Shown here: positions 51,524 to 62,299 of the stretch, one piece after another
Layout of the letters: every line of letters starts with the position of its first letter
Numbering within the stretch: the first letter of the stretch is position 1
Assembly (NCBI GenBank): GCA_965113315.1
Contig: OZ220363.1
Origin: Podarcis vaucheri
Lineage: Eukaryota
DNA length: 64,000 nt
Direction: 5' to 3' (one strand)
The notes under the pieces: generated by a model
What the model was told of the DNA's origin: nothing
The model's database searches: none
The model's input: only the letters and a program-made list of their open reading frames with translations
Position numbers and translations under genes: made by a program

Positions 51524-54500
51524 TTTTTTTTTTAATATTTTATTAAGGATTTTCTTGTTTTACAGAAGTGTAGTGCCTCATTTTTGGTTTGTTTTTTTCA
51601 TGTAACATTTTTACAAATCCATTTCATTTGTTGAGGCATTAGGGGGAGAAGAAAAAAGAGAGAGAGAAGAAAAGGGGGGTGGCAGGAGGGAAGATGGATG
51701 GGGGTGGGGTCGGGTGGCGGTGTTTCTATTATGTTTAATGTGTGTAGAGTTTGGTGTCAGCGTTGTTTGTGTTGTTCACTTGTGTTCCTTTGGTGGAGAG
51801 AGAGGTTGGGGTTGGCCTAGGGTGTGATTGTTTGCTTGTGATTGGCTGTGGTGATCTTTGTTTTCGTGTGTGAGTGAGGTGGGTGGGTGTTTTGGATCAG
51901 GTTAGACATATTGATTTGTATGCTGTTGGTGGATTATTGTCAATGTCCTGTTGGGCTGTGTGTGTAATAAAGGGGAGCCATACCGGGGTGAAGGTGTCTT
52001 CTTCTGTTTGTCCCCGTGTCAGTTTCAGTTTGTTAGTTAATTTTTCTAGTAGGGCTGTTTCCCATACTATTTGGTACCATTGGTCCATGCTTACTCCTGA
52101 CAGGTCTCTCCAGTGTCTGGTTATGGTGTTTCTGGTTGCTGAGAGCAGGTGGGTTATGAGTTCTTTGTGGTGTAAATGGGCATTGTTGTCTTGGAAGATG
52201 TTTAGTAGGGCCAATTCTGGGGTGATGTCTATTACTTGCTTAGTTATTGTACATATTTCTTGTATGGCTGTCGTCCAGAATAGTTGGATTTTGGGACACT
52301 CCCACCACATGTGGAGGTATGTGCCTGTAGAGGTGCACCCTCTCCAGCATTTTGGTGAGGTTCCTGGGTGTATTAGCGCTAGTTTCCTTGGTGTTAGGTA
52401 CCACCTGTAGGTGAGTTTCAATGTGAGTTCTTTTCTTTTCGTTGATATGGATTTAAAGGGGGGGTTAGACCACATTCTGGTCCATTGAGTGGGGTTAATC
52501 TCATAGCCTATGTCATTCTCCCATTGTTTTTTGATTGCATCTAGGGGATTTGCGGGATTTTGGAGTATTATTTTGTATATTGCGGATACCGTCCCTTTAC
52601 CGTTTCCCTTTGTTGTTAGGAGGAGGTTTTCGAAGGTTGTCAGGGGCCTAGTTGCTGCTGATTTTACTGTTGGGTTGTTTAAGAGGGCGTGTAGTTGGTG
52701 TTGTGTTAACCAGGGCATTTGGGTGTCTTCTAGTTTGTCTTGTATTTCTTGTGTTGACAGGGGTTTGTTATTTTTATAAAAGTCTATTAGGCGATATAAG
52801 CCTTTGGCTCGCCAGGTTTTTATCTGGAGGTTTTGTGCTGCATGGTAGAATAATGGGTGGTACGCCAGGGGGATTAGTGGGGATGGGGTTGGGGATAGTT
52901 TGCCTATTTGTGTTTTCCATGCTTTGAGCATGGTCTGTGTGTACCTGTTAAGTGTTGTGGGAATTTTCTTAAGTTTGTTCGGGAGGAGTGGGTATGTTGT
53001 GGTGCAGGTGTTTTCAATTGTGTCCCTCTCTAGGTGTACCCATTGTTTTGTCTCATCTTCTAGTATATATGGGATTATATGGCGTATTTGGTTGGCAATG
53101 TAATATGCTTCTATGTTGGGGATTCCCCATCCTCCTTCTGAGGTGGGGAGGTGCAGGTATTTGGGGCTTATTCTTGGTTTTTTACGTGAGAAGATAAAAG
53201 AGTGTAGTTTTCTCTGCCAACTGCGAAGTTGGGTTGAGGGGATCCAGATTGGGAGGGTTTGGAATAGGTAGGTTAGTTTTGGGAGTGTGATTATTTTGAT
53301 CATGGCTATTTTGTCTGAGAGAGTGAAATTCATGTTATTCCATCTCTTTAGGTCTTTGTTAATTTGTTGCCACAGGGGCTTGTAGTTGTGGAGGTACAAT
53401 TTATTGAGGTTTCTGGTTATTTGTACCCCTAGGTATCTGAACTTGGTGTGGCAAAGTTTTATTTTGGTGACCTTCATGAGTTCTTTTTGGGTGTGAGGAG
53501 GGGTGTTGAAGCACATAGCTTCTGACTTTGTAAAATTTACCTGTAGGCCCGACACCACTGCAAATGTGTTGAGTTCTCTGATTAGGGAGGTTGCTGTGCT
53601 TATGGGGTCTGGTGTTGTGACCATTAGGTCATCTGCAAAGAGCCCTAATTTATAGGTTCTGCCTTTTATTTCCACTCCCTTGATGTCTGCGGCTGCTCGG
53701 ATGCGGATTGCTAGGGGTTCCAGAGCCAGGATAAATAAGAAGGGAGACAGTGGGCATCCTTGTTTCGTGCCTCTTTGGATAGCTATAGTATTAGAATCCA
53801 TATTGTTAGTTCTGCATTTTGCTGAGGCTTGGGAGTATATCTGTTTGAGGATTTGTAGGAAGTTGGGGCCAAATTTCATGTTAGTTAGTACTGCTAATAT
53901 GTATTTCCACTCTACGCAATCAAAGGCTTTGAGGATGTCTAGGGACATAATTGTCAATGGGAGTTTGGTTGCCTTGCTGTGTTCGATCAGGTTCAGTAGT
54001 TTCCTGATGGGGTCTGTTATATTGCGGCCAGGGACAAAGCCAGTCTGGTCTGGGGCTATTAACTTGTGTAGGAAGATTTTTAGGCGGTTGGCCAAGATTG
54101 ATGTGAATATCTTGTAGTCTTGGTTTATTAATGAGATTGGGCGGTATGATTCGACTTTGAGGCTGTCTTTTAGTGGTTTTGGGATGGAGACTATTTTGGA
54201 GTGGGTCCAGGTTTTGGGGATGGGGCCCCCTTTTATGATGTCGTTGAATAGGCGGGTCATGTAGGGCATCAAGGGTTCTTTAAATTTCCTATAGAATTCT
54301 GCTGTGAAGCCGTCTGGGCCTGGGGCTTTATGTGGTTTTAGTTTTTTGAGGACCGCATCTATTTCCTCTGGGGTGATAGGGCTGTCCATGAATTCCTGTT
54401 CCTCATCAGTTAGGGTAGGCATGGTCAGTCCTGCTAGAAATTTTTCGATTTCCTTCTCTGGTGGGTTATGGGAGGTGTATAGGTTGGAGTAAAATTCTGC

Positions 54501-55928
54501 AAATTCTGAGATTATTTCTTTGGGGGAGAATGTTATGTTGCCGTCTTTTTTGGTGATGCAGTGTATTCTTGTTTTGAGTGCTTTTTTCCTACATCTATTT
54601 GCTAGTAATCTGGAGTTTTTCCCTCCATATTCGTAGAAGCGTTGTTTAGAATATAGAATGTTGATCATTGTTTTGTTAATTTCTAGGGAGTCTAGTTCTC
54701 TCCTTTTTTGTTCTATAAGTTTGAGGAGTTTTTTAGATCCTGTTTGTTTGTAGCGTGATGAGAGGGCTGTGATGTCTTGTTCTATTTTGCTAATTTTTGA
54801 GGAGGTTTGTTTTTTAAGGAATGTTTTCTCTTTTATGCAAGCTCCTCTGGTGACCGCTTTCATTGCGTCCCATAGGAGGGGGGTTGTTATATTGTTTACA
54901 TCATTTTCCTTGAAGTAGTTTTGGAGGGTTTTTGTGAGACTCTCTCTAATTTGTTTGTTTGTAGTTAGGATGGGGCTGAAGGACCATGATGGGGTGGTTT
55001 GTGTTCCTTCTCCTATTTTAATGATGACTTCTACTGGGGCGTGATCTGTGATTTTAATGTTACCTATGTTTGTTGATTCCACTGAGGGAATCAGACCCTG
55101 TGTGAGTAGAATGCTGTCTAGTCTGGACACTGTATCATGGCGTCCCGATTGGAATGTATGGCTGGTGTCTCCCGGGTTTTGCTCACCCCAAATGTCATAG
55201 AGACCCCTGTTTTTTAGCATTTTTAGTAACTTGTAAGAGTTCCTAGTTGTTGGGGGTTTCCTTCGGAGGAAGGTTGCCCATGGGGTTGTGGGGTGGATAT
55301 CTTTCAGGGATAGACCTTTCATATTTAGATTGAGGTCCCCTCCTAGGATTGCTTCCCCTTCAGAGAAGGAGAGGAATTTGTTTAGTGTCTTCTGGAAGAA
55401 TTCTAATTGTTTCGTGTTTGGGGCATATATGGAGCCGATTGTCAGTTTGATTTTGCCATCTAGTGTCCCTTTAGCGAAAATGAATCTGCCTTTTCTGTCC
55501 TTGAGGACTGTTGTGGCAGTGAAGTTCAGGTCTCTACTGAGTATTATGGCTACCCCACGAGCTTTCCCTGAGCCTCGTGCGACCCACTGTTGACTGAAGC
55601 GGGGGTCGCTCAGGAGTTTGCTGCCTTTGGGTGGGTTGTGTATTTCTTGTAGGAAGGTGATGTGTGGTTTCATGGTGTTTATGTATGAGGTGATGCGTTT
55701 TCTTTTGATGGGGTTTCCCAGCCCCCTCACATTTAATGTGATTGCTTTTAGGTTAGCCATCTTGCTTATCTATTATGTGGGGCAATTCCCTGCCAACCCG
55801 TTCGGGTTGTCTTGTGTCTCTCTCTTCGTGTTGTTTAAAGAACCAGTGGGGTTGCGCTGACCTAGGGTGTGGTGGGTGGGGGGGTAATGGGATTAGAGTA
55901 AGATTTGGGTTAAAGAGTAGGGGGTAAG
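51524..55928 (-). mobile_element. L1 LINE, 5'-truncated (no ORF1), with intact ORF2, 3' UTR, AATAAA and A-tail
   Basis: poly-T at 51524-51533, TTTATT at 51538-51543, ORF2 51897-55760, only about 170 nt upstream of the ATG. Confidence 0.93.
51897..55760 (-). CDS. L1 ORF2 protein: APE endonuclease, reverse transcriptase and C-terminal CCHC (1287 aa)
   Basis: NVRGL, LQE, IYAPN, GGDLN, TDH (EN); PGPDG, YRPISL, QTGF, KAFD, QGCPLSP, FADD, YLG (RT); CWRGC..HMWWEC. Confidence 0.96.
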   Translation of the reverse strand: MANLKAITLNVRGLGNPIKRKRITSYINTMKPHITFLQEIHNPPKGSKLLSDPRFSQQWVARGSGKARGVAIILSRDLNFTATTVLKDRKGRFIFAKGTLDGKIKLTIGSIYAPNTKQLEFFQKTLNKFLSFSEGEAILGGDLNLNMKGLSLKDIHPTTPWATFLRRKPPTTRNSYKLLKMLKNRGLYDIWGEQNPGDTSHTFQSGRHDTVSRLDSILLTQGLIPSVESTNIGNIKITDHAPVEVIIKIGEGTQTTPSWSFSPILTTNKQIRESLTKTLQNYFKENDVNNITTPLLWDAMKAVTRGACIKEKTFLKKQTSSKISKIEQDITALSSRYKQTGSKKLLKLIEQKRRELDSLEINKTMINILYSKQRFYEYGGKNSRLLANRCRKKALKTRIHCITKKDGNITFSPKEIISEFAEFYSNLYTSHNPPEKEIEKFLAGLTMPTLTDEEQEFMDSPITPEEIDAVLKKLKPHKAPGPDGFTAEFYRKFKEPLMPYMTRLFNDIIKGGPIPKTWTHSKIVSIPKPLKDSLKVESYRPISLINQDYKIFTSILANRLKIFLHKLIAPDQTGFVPGRNITDPIRKLLNLIEHSKATKLPLTIMSLDILKAFDCVEWKYILAVLTNMKFGPNFLQILKQIYSQASAKCRTNNMDSNTIAIQRGTKQGCPLSPFLFILALEPLAIRIRAAADIKGVEIKGRTYKLGLFADDLMVTTPDPISTATSLIRELNTFAVVSGLQVNFTKSEAMCFNTPPHTQKELMKVTKIKLCHTKFRYLGVQITRNLNKLYLHNYKPLWQQINKDLKRWNNMNFTLSDKIAMIKIITLPKLTYLFQTLPIWIPSTQLRSWQRKLHSFIFSRKKPRISPKYLHLPTSEGGWGIPNIEAYYIANQIRHIIPYILEDETKQWVHLERDTIENTCTTTYPLLPNKLKKIPTTLNRYTQTMLKAWKTQIGKLSPTPSPLIPLAYHPLFYHAAQNLQIKTWRAKGLYRLIDFYKNNKPLSTQEIQDKLEDTQMPWLTQHQLHALLNNPTVKSAATRPLTTFENLLLTTKGNGKGTVSAIYKIILQNPANPLDAIKKQWENDIGYEINPTQWTRMWSNPPFKSISTKRKELTLKLTYRWYLTPRKLALIHPGTSPKCWRGCTSTGTYLHMWWECPKIQLFWTTAIQEICTITKQVIDITPELALLNIFQDNNAHLHHKELITHLLSATRNTITRHWRDLSGVSMDQWYQIVWETALLEKLTNKLKLTRGQTEEDTFTPVWLPFITHTAQQDIDNNPPTAYKSICLT

Positions 55929-56624
55929 TTCAGTTCTACAATTACTTTGATAAAATACATATTTTGATGCGTGCAAATGGCTTTAGATACCTATTAGGTC
56001 CATAAATTACAGTACAGCATATATTCAACACAAAAAAGCAACAATTTGTTGTTGACGAAGGACAGCTGGACATAGAAAGGGCCCCATTACCTTCAGTAGC
56101 TTAGGGCCTCATCAAACCTGAATCCAGCCCTGGCAGGGGGCCAGTGTCCCTAGGAGTTGCATATGTTTGAAGGGAAAAGGTCAACTGAACTTAGAATCAT
56201 AGAGTTCGCAGCGTTGGGAGTGACCTCAAGGGCCACCTACTCCAGCCCAGGAGTGAAACTAGCCTTTTTTTCACCTGGGGCAAACACCCAGTTTGGCCCC
56301 ACCCCCATGTCTTACTTTTAAAAGACAGCCATGTTTAGGGAAGTTTTTAATGTTTAATGCTGTATTATGCTTCCCCCCACTTGTAGTTACAGCCTCTTGA
56401 TCTCTTTGTTAAGATGTGCTTTTGGGGGGGCCTATTGTCATTCAGGAAATGCCACCCTATCACCCTCTGCAAAAGGGGAGGGAGATGGCATTCAGGTATT
56501 TTGGTAGCAATTGGAAAAGGGCACAGCTTGCTTGGAACACAGGCACACATGAGGGTACTTCAAAGCACTACTTTTTGACACTTGGTACACAAAGTCCTAT
56601 ATAGGTTTTCCTGGTGCTTGTTCG

Positions 56625-56820
56625 TCTTTTTTATTATTATTAAAGATTTTCTTGATTTACAAAAGTGTATGCAATCTCTCTCTCCCATATATATATATAT
56701 ATATATATATCCATGTAACATTTTTACAAATCAGTTTCATTTGTTGAGACATTAAGAAGAAAGGGGGGAAAGAGGTGGGGGGAGATGGGGGTGGGGTGGG
56801 GTCGGGTGGCGATGTTTCTA
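56625..56820 (-). mobile_element. short L1 3' UTR copy of the same family, with an internal (TA)n expansion
   Basis: aligns to 51530-51728 (gattttcttg..catgtaacatttttacaaatc..ggggtcgggtggcg..gtttcta). Confidence 0.85.
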
Positions 56821-56824
56821 TCTA

Positions 56825-57190
56825 TATTGTGTTTTTAATATTTGGTTGGAAGCTGCCCAGAGTGGCTGGGGAAACCCAGCCAGATGGGTGGGTATAAATA
56901 ATAAATTTATTATTATTATGATGCATATTCTTATTAGAAGTGAGGTTACAGGAAACCAGGCAGAGGGCCTTCTCGGTAGTGGCACTCGCTCTGTGGAATG
57001 CCCTCCCATCAGATGTCAAAGAAATAAACAACTACCCGACTTTTAGAAGACATCTGAAGGCAACCCTGTTTAGGGAAGTTTTTAATGTCTAATGTTTTAT
57101 CGTGTTTTTAATATTTTGTTGGGAGCTGCCCAGAGTGGCTGGGGAAACCCAGCCAGATGAGCAGCGTATAAATAAATTATTATTATTATT
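56825..57190 (+). mobile_element. two tandem L2 3' ends with (TAT)n tails
   Basis: gctgcccagagtggctggggaaacccagccagatg occurs twice; same family as 20150-20602. Confidence 0.8.
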
Positions 57191-57776
57191 CACATTTGTG
57201 CATCCCCGCACACACAGGCTGGGAACCTCAATGGCGCCCTTCTGGAGGCTTCAACCTGGAAGCTGCAATCCTATACCCATTTACACAGAAGTAGGCTTTA
57301 TTGAGCTTAATGGGACTTTGCCAAATAAATCTTAACTATGATGGACTTGTGATTGACCAGATTGTGCTGTCAAGAGTTTTGTGACTGGTCTATCCAGCAA
57401 CTCAAATTGAAGTTACCAGCTACAATCTAGGGGCAATGAGAACTTCGCCCACCTCCCTGGTCTTGAAACTCACAGAGATTTCAGAACTAATTTGTGATGA
57501 GGTCTGCTATTCAAATTAAAATACAAGGCACCCTTCAAACTTTCCAGATTCCAGCCGCTTTGGAACCATATCCTCAAGCCTTCTCTTGCGACATTTTCTG
57601 CTATTCCTTTAATTTAAACTGATTCACAGCCTGAAGCCATCAAAGCAGTGTACAGCGAGATAATAAAAAAGCGAGCAAACCGTTTCTACAACAGAAAATG
57701 TGTTTTTTTCCCCTTGCTTTTCAGCGGTATGCTACTGCTCATGGGCTTAGCAGCTGCCTAACCCTAAATCAAGTAA

Positions 57777-57861
57777 GGTAAAGGGACCCCTGACAGTTAA
57801 GTCCAGTCTCGAATGACTCTTGGGTTGCGGTGCTCATCATGTGCCCAGCATGACGAAGCCA
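57777..57861 (-). mobile_element. truncated, internally deleted Sauria SINE 3' piece with 17-bp TSD
   Basis: AACCCTAAATCAAGTAA at 57760-57776 and 57862-57878; ggtaaagggacccctg tail. Confidence 0.85.
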
Positions 57862-58039
57862 AACCCTAAATCAAGTAAATAAATACAAATATTTAACTAA
57901 AGGAAATTGTAGAAAGATTTTGACAGATTTGTCTGAGCACTGAGGCTCAAAAGGAAGTAATTTTAAACAACTGTTGCTGAGGCATTTCATTCTGAATTTG
58001 CACAGGATGTTGGCAGGTGGGTGTCCTGCCCCCTCCCCA

Positions 58040-58710
58040 AATCCTCGCTGTATGTTGCTGCAAAAGCAGCAGCAGCAGCAGTTCCCCCACGCGAGGGTTG
58101 AGTCCTGATGTCTGGTACGGGAGAGCAGCTCCCGCCACTTGGCTTGGGAAAGAAGGCGCGCCCATCCATCCATGCCGCACGCAGCCCTTTGGACCGGTCC
58201 ACCGCGACTTGCAGCCTAAGCAGCTTCTGCACGGCCTGGCCGGCGCTTGTTGCTTCACCTCGCGAGCTCTGACGGCGGAAGCGGTTCTCCAATGGAGCCG
58301 AGGAAGGGAGGGCCTAACCGAACACGGCGGGGCGGGTGGGCGGCCGCCCTACCCTTCAAGTGGGCCGAGGCGGAAGCGGGCGGCTTTTCCCGCCGCGCTT
58401 CGCCTCAGCAGGGACCGGCGGAGGTTTGCGCTCGCGTGCATGCCAGCGAGCTGGTGGAAAATGCTGCGCTTAGCTGCCGGGCTCTTGGCGGCGGCCCTCG
58501 CTGCGGTGCTGGTGGGCTGGCACAGCCCTTCGGGGCCCGAGCAGTTGCGGCGCCAGCCTCGCTCCTTCTCCTCACAGCCGGCGCCCGGATCCGAGGCCAA
58601 CAACCTCTTCTGGATAATTCAGGCGAGTCGAGCTCCGGGGAGACAGACACGCGGCCCCAGCGCCCTGTGAGAAGGGTGCCCTGCGGGGAAACCGCAGCAG
58701 CACTTGGGGT
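58040..58710 (+). promoter_or_regulatory. TMEM62 CpG-island promoter and exon 1 region
   Basis: CpG-rich; GC boxes (ggggcgggtgggcgg about 58329-58344); GCGGAAGCGG ETS-like motifs at about 58275 and 58370. Confidence 0.8.
58461..58622 (+). CDS. TMEM62: TMEM62 exon 1 (162 nt; in-frame upstream ATG at 58440 possible)
   Basis: MLRLAAGLLAAALAAVLVGW (signal-anchor-like)..NNLFWIIQ; donor CAG|GCGAGT. Confidence 0.85.
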
Positions 58711-59768
58711 TTAATTCCTAAGGCAAATCATGATCATAACTGTTATAGATGATAACTATGCAACGGTCGCACTGTGTTTTTCACCTATTGTTTTCCTCTT
58801 TTCAGAATCGGAGGGGTTAAAGGCACAAATAAACTGGTGTATTGGATAGGGGGGAAATGCAGGCTGTTGCTGTGAGGCCACTAATGAATGGCAAATAGTT
58901 ATTCTGATAACTGAGATCAGGGAACTACATTAATGCGCAGAGAGGTTAGATTTGCCTTGGCATGGAAATGCTTTGCAACAGGCACAAGCCTTGCCAAGTT
59001 CTGATAAGTGAGATCAGAAACTGGCATTAATGCATTGAAGGGTCTGACTTGTGGGTTTGTCCACACTTCTGCTTGTCCCATATGGACATAGCCAGGATTT
59101 ATTTTAGGAGGGGCAGGCTTTATGTTGAAGGGGGGGGGGGGAGAACCGAAATATCTGCAACAGAGCCAGTTAAGTATTTCTATTTATTTACCTGATGGAG
59201 GGCAGTTGCCCTCCCTGAACCCCCTGGCTACGTCCATGTGGTCCCATGCTTAGAAAACACAGGTCTGAGCAGTTTTCCCTTTGCCCCACCACTTTCCCCC
59301 AGAAAACCTGTTATTTAGTGCTAAATCAGAGCAAATGGCAATAAGTAGAAAACCTGATTGCCATTTGTTCTGATTCAGTAATAAACTGCAGGTTTCGCCT
59401 GGGAACAGTGGCAGGACAAACAGAAGTGTGGAGAAGTCCTATGTTTGCAATAGTATGCTGTTAGATAGGTATGTTGCATGGGTAGACCTTGCTCTGGTGA
59501 GGATATGTCAGGTGAACCTCTGTTATATGTTCACATGGTGCTAGTACAGCCAGTTTTGCTGGAAATAAAAACTGTAAAAGGCTGTTGATAATTTACATAG
59601 CTAATTGATATGAATAAAAAAAATCCAAAAGTGCTTGTTGTGAAATTAAGCTGTCAGTGTTTTAACTCTTGTTCAGTGTAGGCAATATTTGGAACTGTTT
59701 CTATACACAATTTCCTAAATATGCTATTCTGTAGGCATTTTGCCAGACTCCTTTTCCCCCCCTTGTAG

Positions 59769-59880
59769 GTATCAGATCTACACATCAGTAAGTTTCAGAG
59801 TCCCGAACGAGCTTCTGATTTTGAAAAGTTCTGTGCGGAAACGGTTCCTGTCATTCAACCTGTCCTTACTTTAGCAACAG
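59769..59880 (+). CDS. TMEM62: TMEM62 exon 2 (112 nt; metallophosphoesterase motif DxH)
   Basis: VSDLHISKFQSPERASDFEKFCAETVPVIQPVLTLATG; tag acceptor, gtgaga donor. Confidence 0.93.
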
Positions 59881-60744
59881 GTGAGACATCGCCTCCTCAT
59901 CCCCAACCTCCCACTCTAATTACTTTGTAGAATGCATTATTGTACTTGAGGTTTGTGTTTCTGAGGTCATGAATGTTGGTTGCTGGTCTGGATCTGAAGT
60001 AAAAAATGGTTGCATTGTCATCAGATGTGTGACTAGGGAAGTGTAACAAGGGGAGTTGTAACCTAATAAGAGGCTGTTGGATTGGACCAGTGGCCTATCT
60101 AGTCCAGCATCCTGTTTTTATAGTGAGCAATCAGATGACTATGGGAAAACCACAAGCGGGAAAACCACAGCACTCTTCCCAAATGTGGTTTCCAGCATCT
60201 GCATACTGCCTCAGAAAGCTACTTTCTAACACACTTTTAAAGCCATCAGGTTGGTGGCCATCCCTGCCTCTTGTGAGAGTAGATTGCATAGTACTGTATA
60301 ACTATGCATTGTGTGAAGAAGTACTTTCTTTCGTCCGTCCTGATTCTTCCAACATTAGATGCCCATGAGAGGGAGAAAAACTTACACCATTCATAATTTT
60401 ATACAATTCTCTTACTCACCTTTTCTCCAAACTGAAAAGCCCCAAATGTTGTAGCCTTTCCTTATATGGGAATAACAATTCCTGTGCTCCTCCACCCTCC
60501 ATTACTTTACCAGTTCCATCATATGATTGCTTTAATCTTGTAAGAATTCAGCTTCGGTTTGTTTGGGAGCACCCGGTCTTCCCACTTATACTACTTGTTC
60601 TTTTTTTGCCTCAGAGGCCCTTTTATGAGTCAGCAGTCTTTGGATCCTTTGATGTCACTTAAGGCTCAGGTGGCCTCAGTAGGGTAGATTGCCCTTCATC
60701 AGCTTCGGCTGGTGGCCCAGCTGCACCTCTGAACAGGGATAGCC

Positions 60745-61175
60745 TAGCTTCTGGTAACTGTTAGGTTAGACTACTTCAAAGTGTTATACATACGGCTGCC
60801 TTTGGTGATAGTTTGGAAACTTCAGCTGCTGCAGAATTTGGCAGCCAGGCTGCTCACTGGGACAAGACAGTTTGAGCACATAACACTGATCCTGGCCTGA
60901 CAGCACTGACTGCCAGTTAGTTTCCAGGTCCAACTCAAAGTGCTGGTTTTGACCTATAAAGCCTGAGACGGCTCAGGACTCCAATACCTCAAGGACCACC
61001 TCTCCCCATATGAACCAACCCAGACCCTGTGATCATCATCTGAGGTCCTTCTTCGTGTGCTGCCTCCATGAGCGGTCAGGAGGGTGGCAACACAAGAGAG
61101 GGCCTTTTGTGTGGTGGCTCCCCATTTGTGGAATGCTCTCCCCAGGGAGGCTTGCATGGCGCCTTCATTACATAT
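60745..61175 (+). mobile_element. L2 LINE ORF2 3' remnant
   Basis: RLDY..KLQLLQNLAARLLTG..HITLIL..KVLVLTYKA..RAFCVVAPHLWNALP. Confidence 0.8.
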
Positions 61176-62299
61176 ATTTAGGCTCTAATAATAATAATAA
61201 TAAATAAATAAACTAAACCAGTGTTTCCTCTGTTGTGACACCTTCTTGGGAACCCCTACAAAGGCAAGGCTGGCTCCCTCCCTATGCATATTTAGAAGTA
61301 TGACCAGGACTTCCTGTTTTAAATCATTACGTTGTTTCATTCTTTGTTTGTTATTCTATTTATATTCCACCCCATCATGTGTGTTTAGGTTAGAACCATT
61401 TCATTGGTATCCATTTCTGTCCCTCAAGTTTTACCAGTGCAATCCTAACCACGTTTATTCAGAAGAAAATCCTATTAAAATAAATGCGGCTTACTCCCAG
61501 ATAGGTGGGGTTAGGGTTGCAACCTTAATCTGGATACTAAGAGGAGCAAACTAAAAACAATATTGGGTTTTGTTTGCATATAATTATATATGTATAACCC
61601 TATCCTGAAAATTGCTTTGGCCAGGCAGCAGGATGATGAAAAAAACACAAACATTTGAATAATGAGAATGCAAGGTCAGAACGGATTGTTTCTAAAGGTA
61701 GCAATGGCACTGCCCTTGAAATCTTGGCTAGTAGCTTCCTGTAATTACTGGATAGCATGGGACTTACAGGAAGAGTTCTAGAGATAAAGGTTATTTTCTT
61801 ACCATCCTTGCTAACTTCAGGATTATAAAGATTACGTACTAGTGAAAGGACAGTAATTAGAATGGTACTGCCTCTGCCATGTGTGGGAGGTCTGTGCAGG
61901 ATGTCTTAGACTCCTCCCAGAAAGTCCTAATTTTTACTTGGACTGTCTGCTCTTGGGCTGATGGTCAGTTTTGATCCAACTTCCAAGGTGTCTCCAAGTG
62001 CAGCCCTTCTTTTCCCCATGGCTGCCAGTAAAGTTAAAAATAAAGTACACTCATTGGTATATTTGGGATGGCAGCTGATTGCTTTCTGTTCTGCTGGCTC
62101 CACTGTCTCTGGGCAGTTTCCCTTGTAAACCATTACGTTTGGTTTTTAATTCGAGCAAATTCATTTTTATGTCCTTTAAGTAAAACGGAACCTTTCATTC
62201 CCTGGGCAGTGGTGCAAAAATGACCTGTGATATGCAGGGGGTGTGCCTGCTACTGCAGACACTAGCAACTCCAGAATATAAGGCTAGATAATTTAGTAC

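Larger units (their letters stand above)
51429..56132. mobile_element. inner hAT-like MITE split by L1 (left 51429-51520, right 55929-56132)
   Basis: TIRs CAGTGCCGGATTTA / TGAATCCAGCCCTG; agcttagggcc subterminal motif in both halves; near-TSD gtaggggg / gcaggggg. Confidence 0.75.
51305..56165. mobile_element. outer hAT-like MITE split by later insertions (left 51305-51428, right about 56133-56165)
   Basis: left end caagggggccaact, right end ctaggagttgcatatg (imperfect inverted); family recognised from memory. Confidence 0.5.

Noticed and set aside
51874-55860. Several + strand ORFs (60-178 aa)
   Set aside because: Antisense shadows of the L1 ORF2, caused by its strand compositional bias
57871-58714. 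217-aa and 155-aa ORFs in the TMEM62 promoter
   Set aside because: CpG-island artefacts; only the 3' part of the 217-aa frame is TMEM62 exon 1
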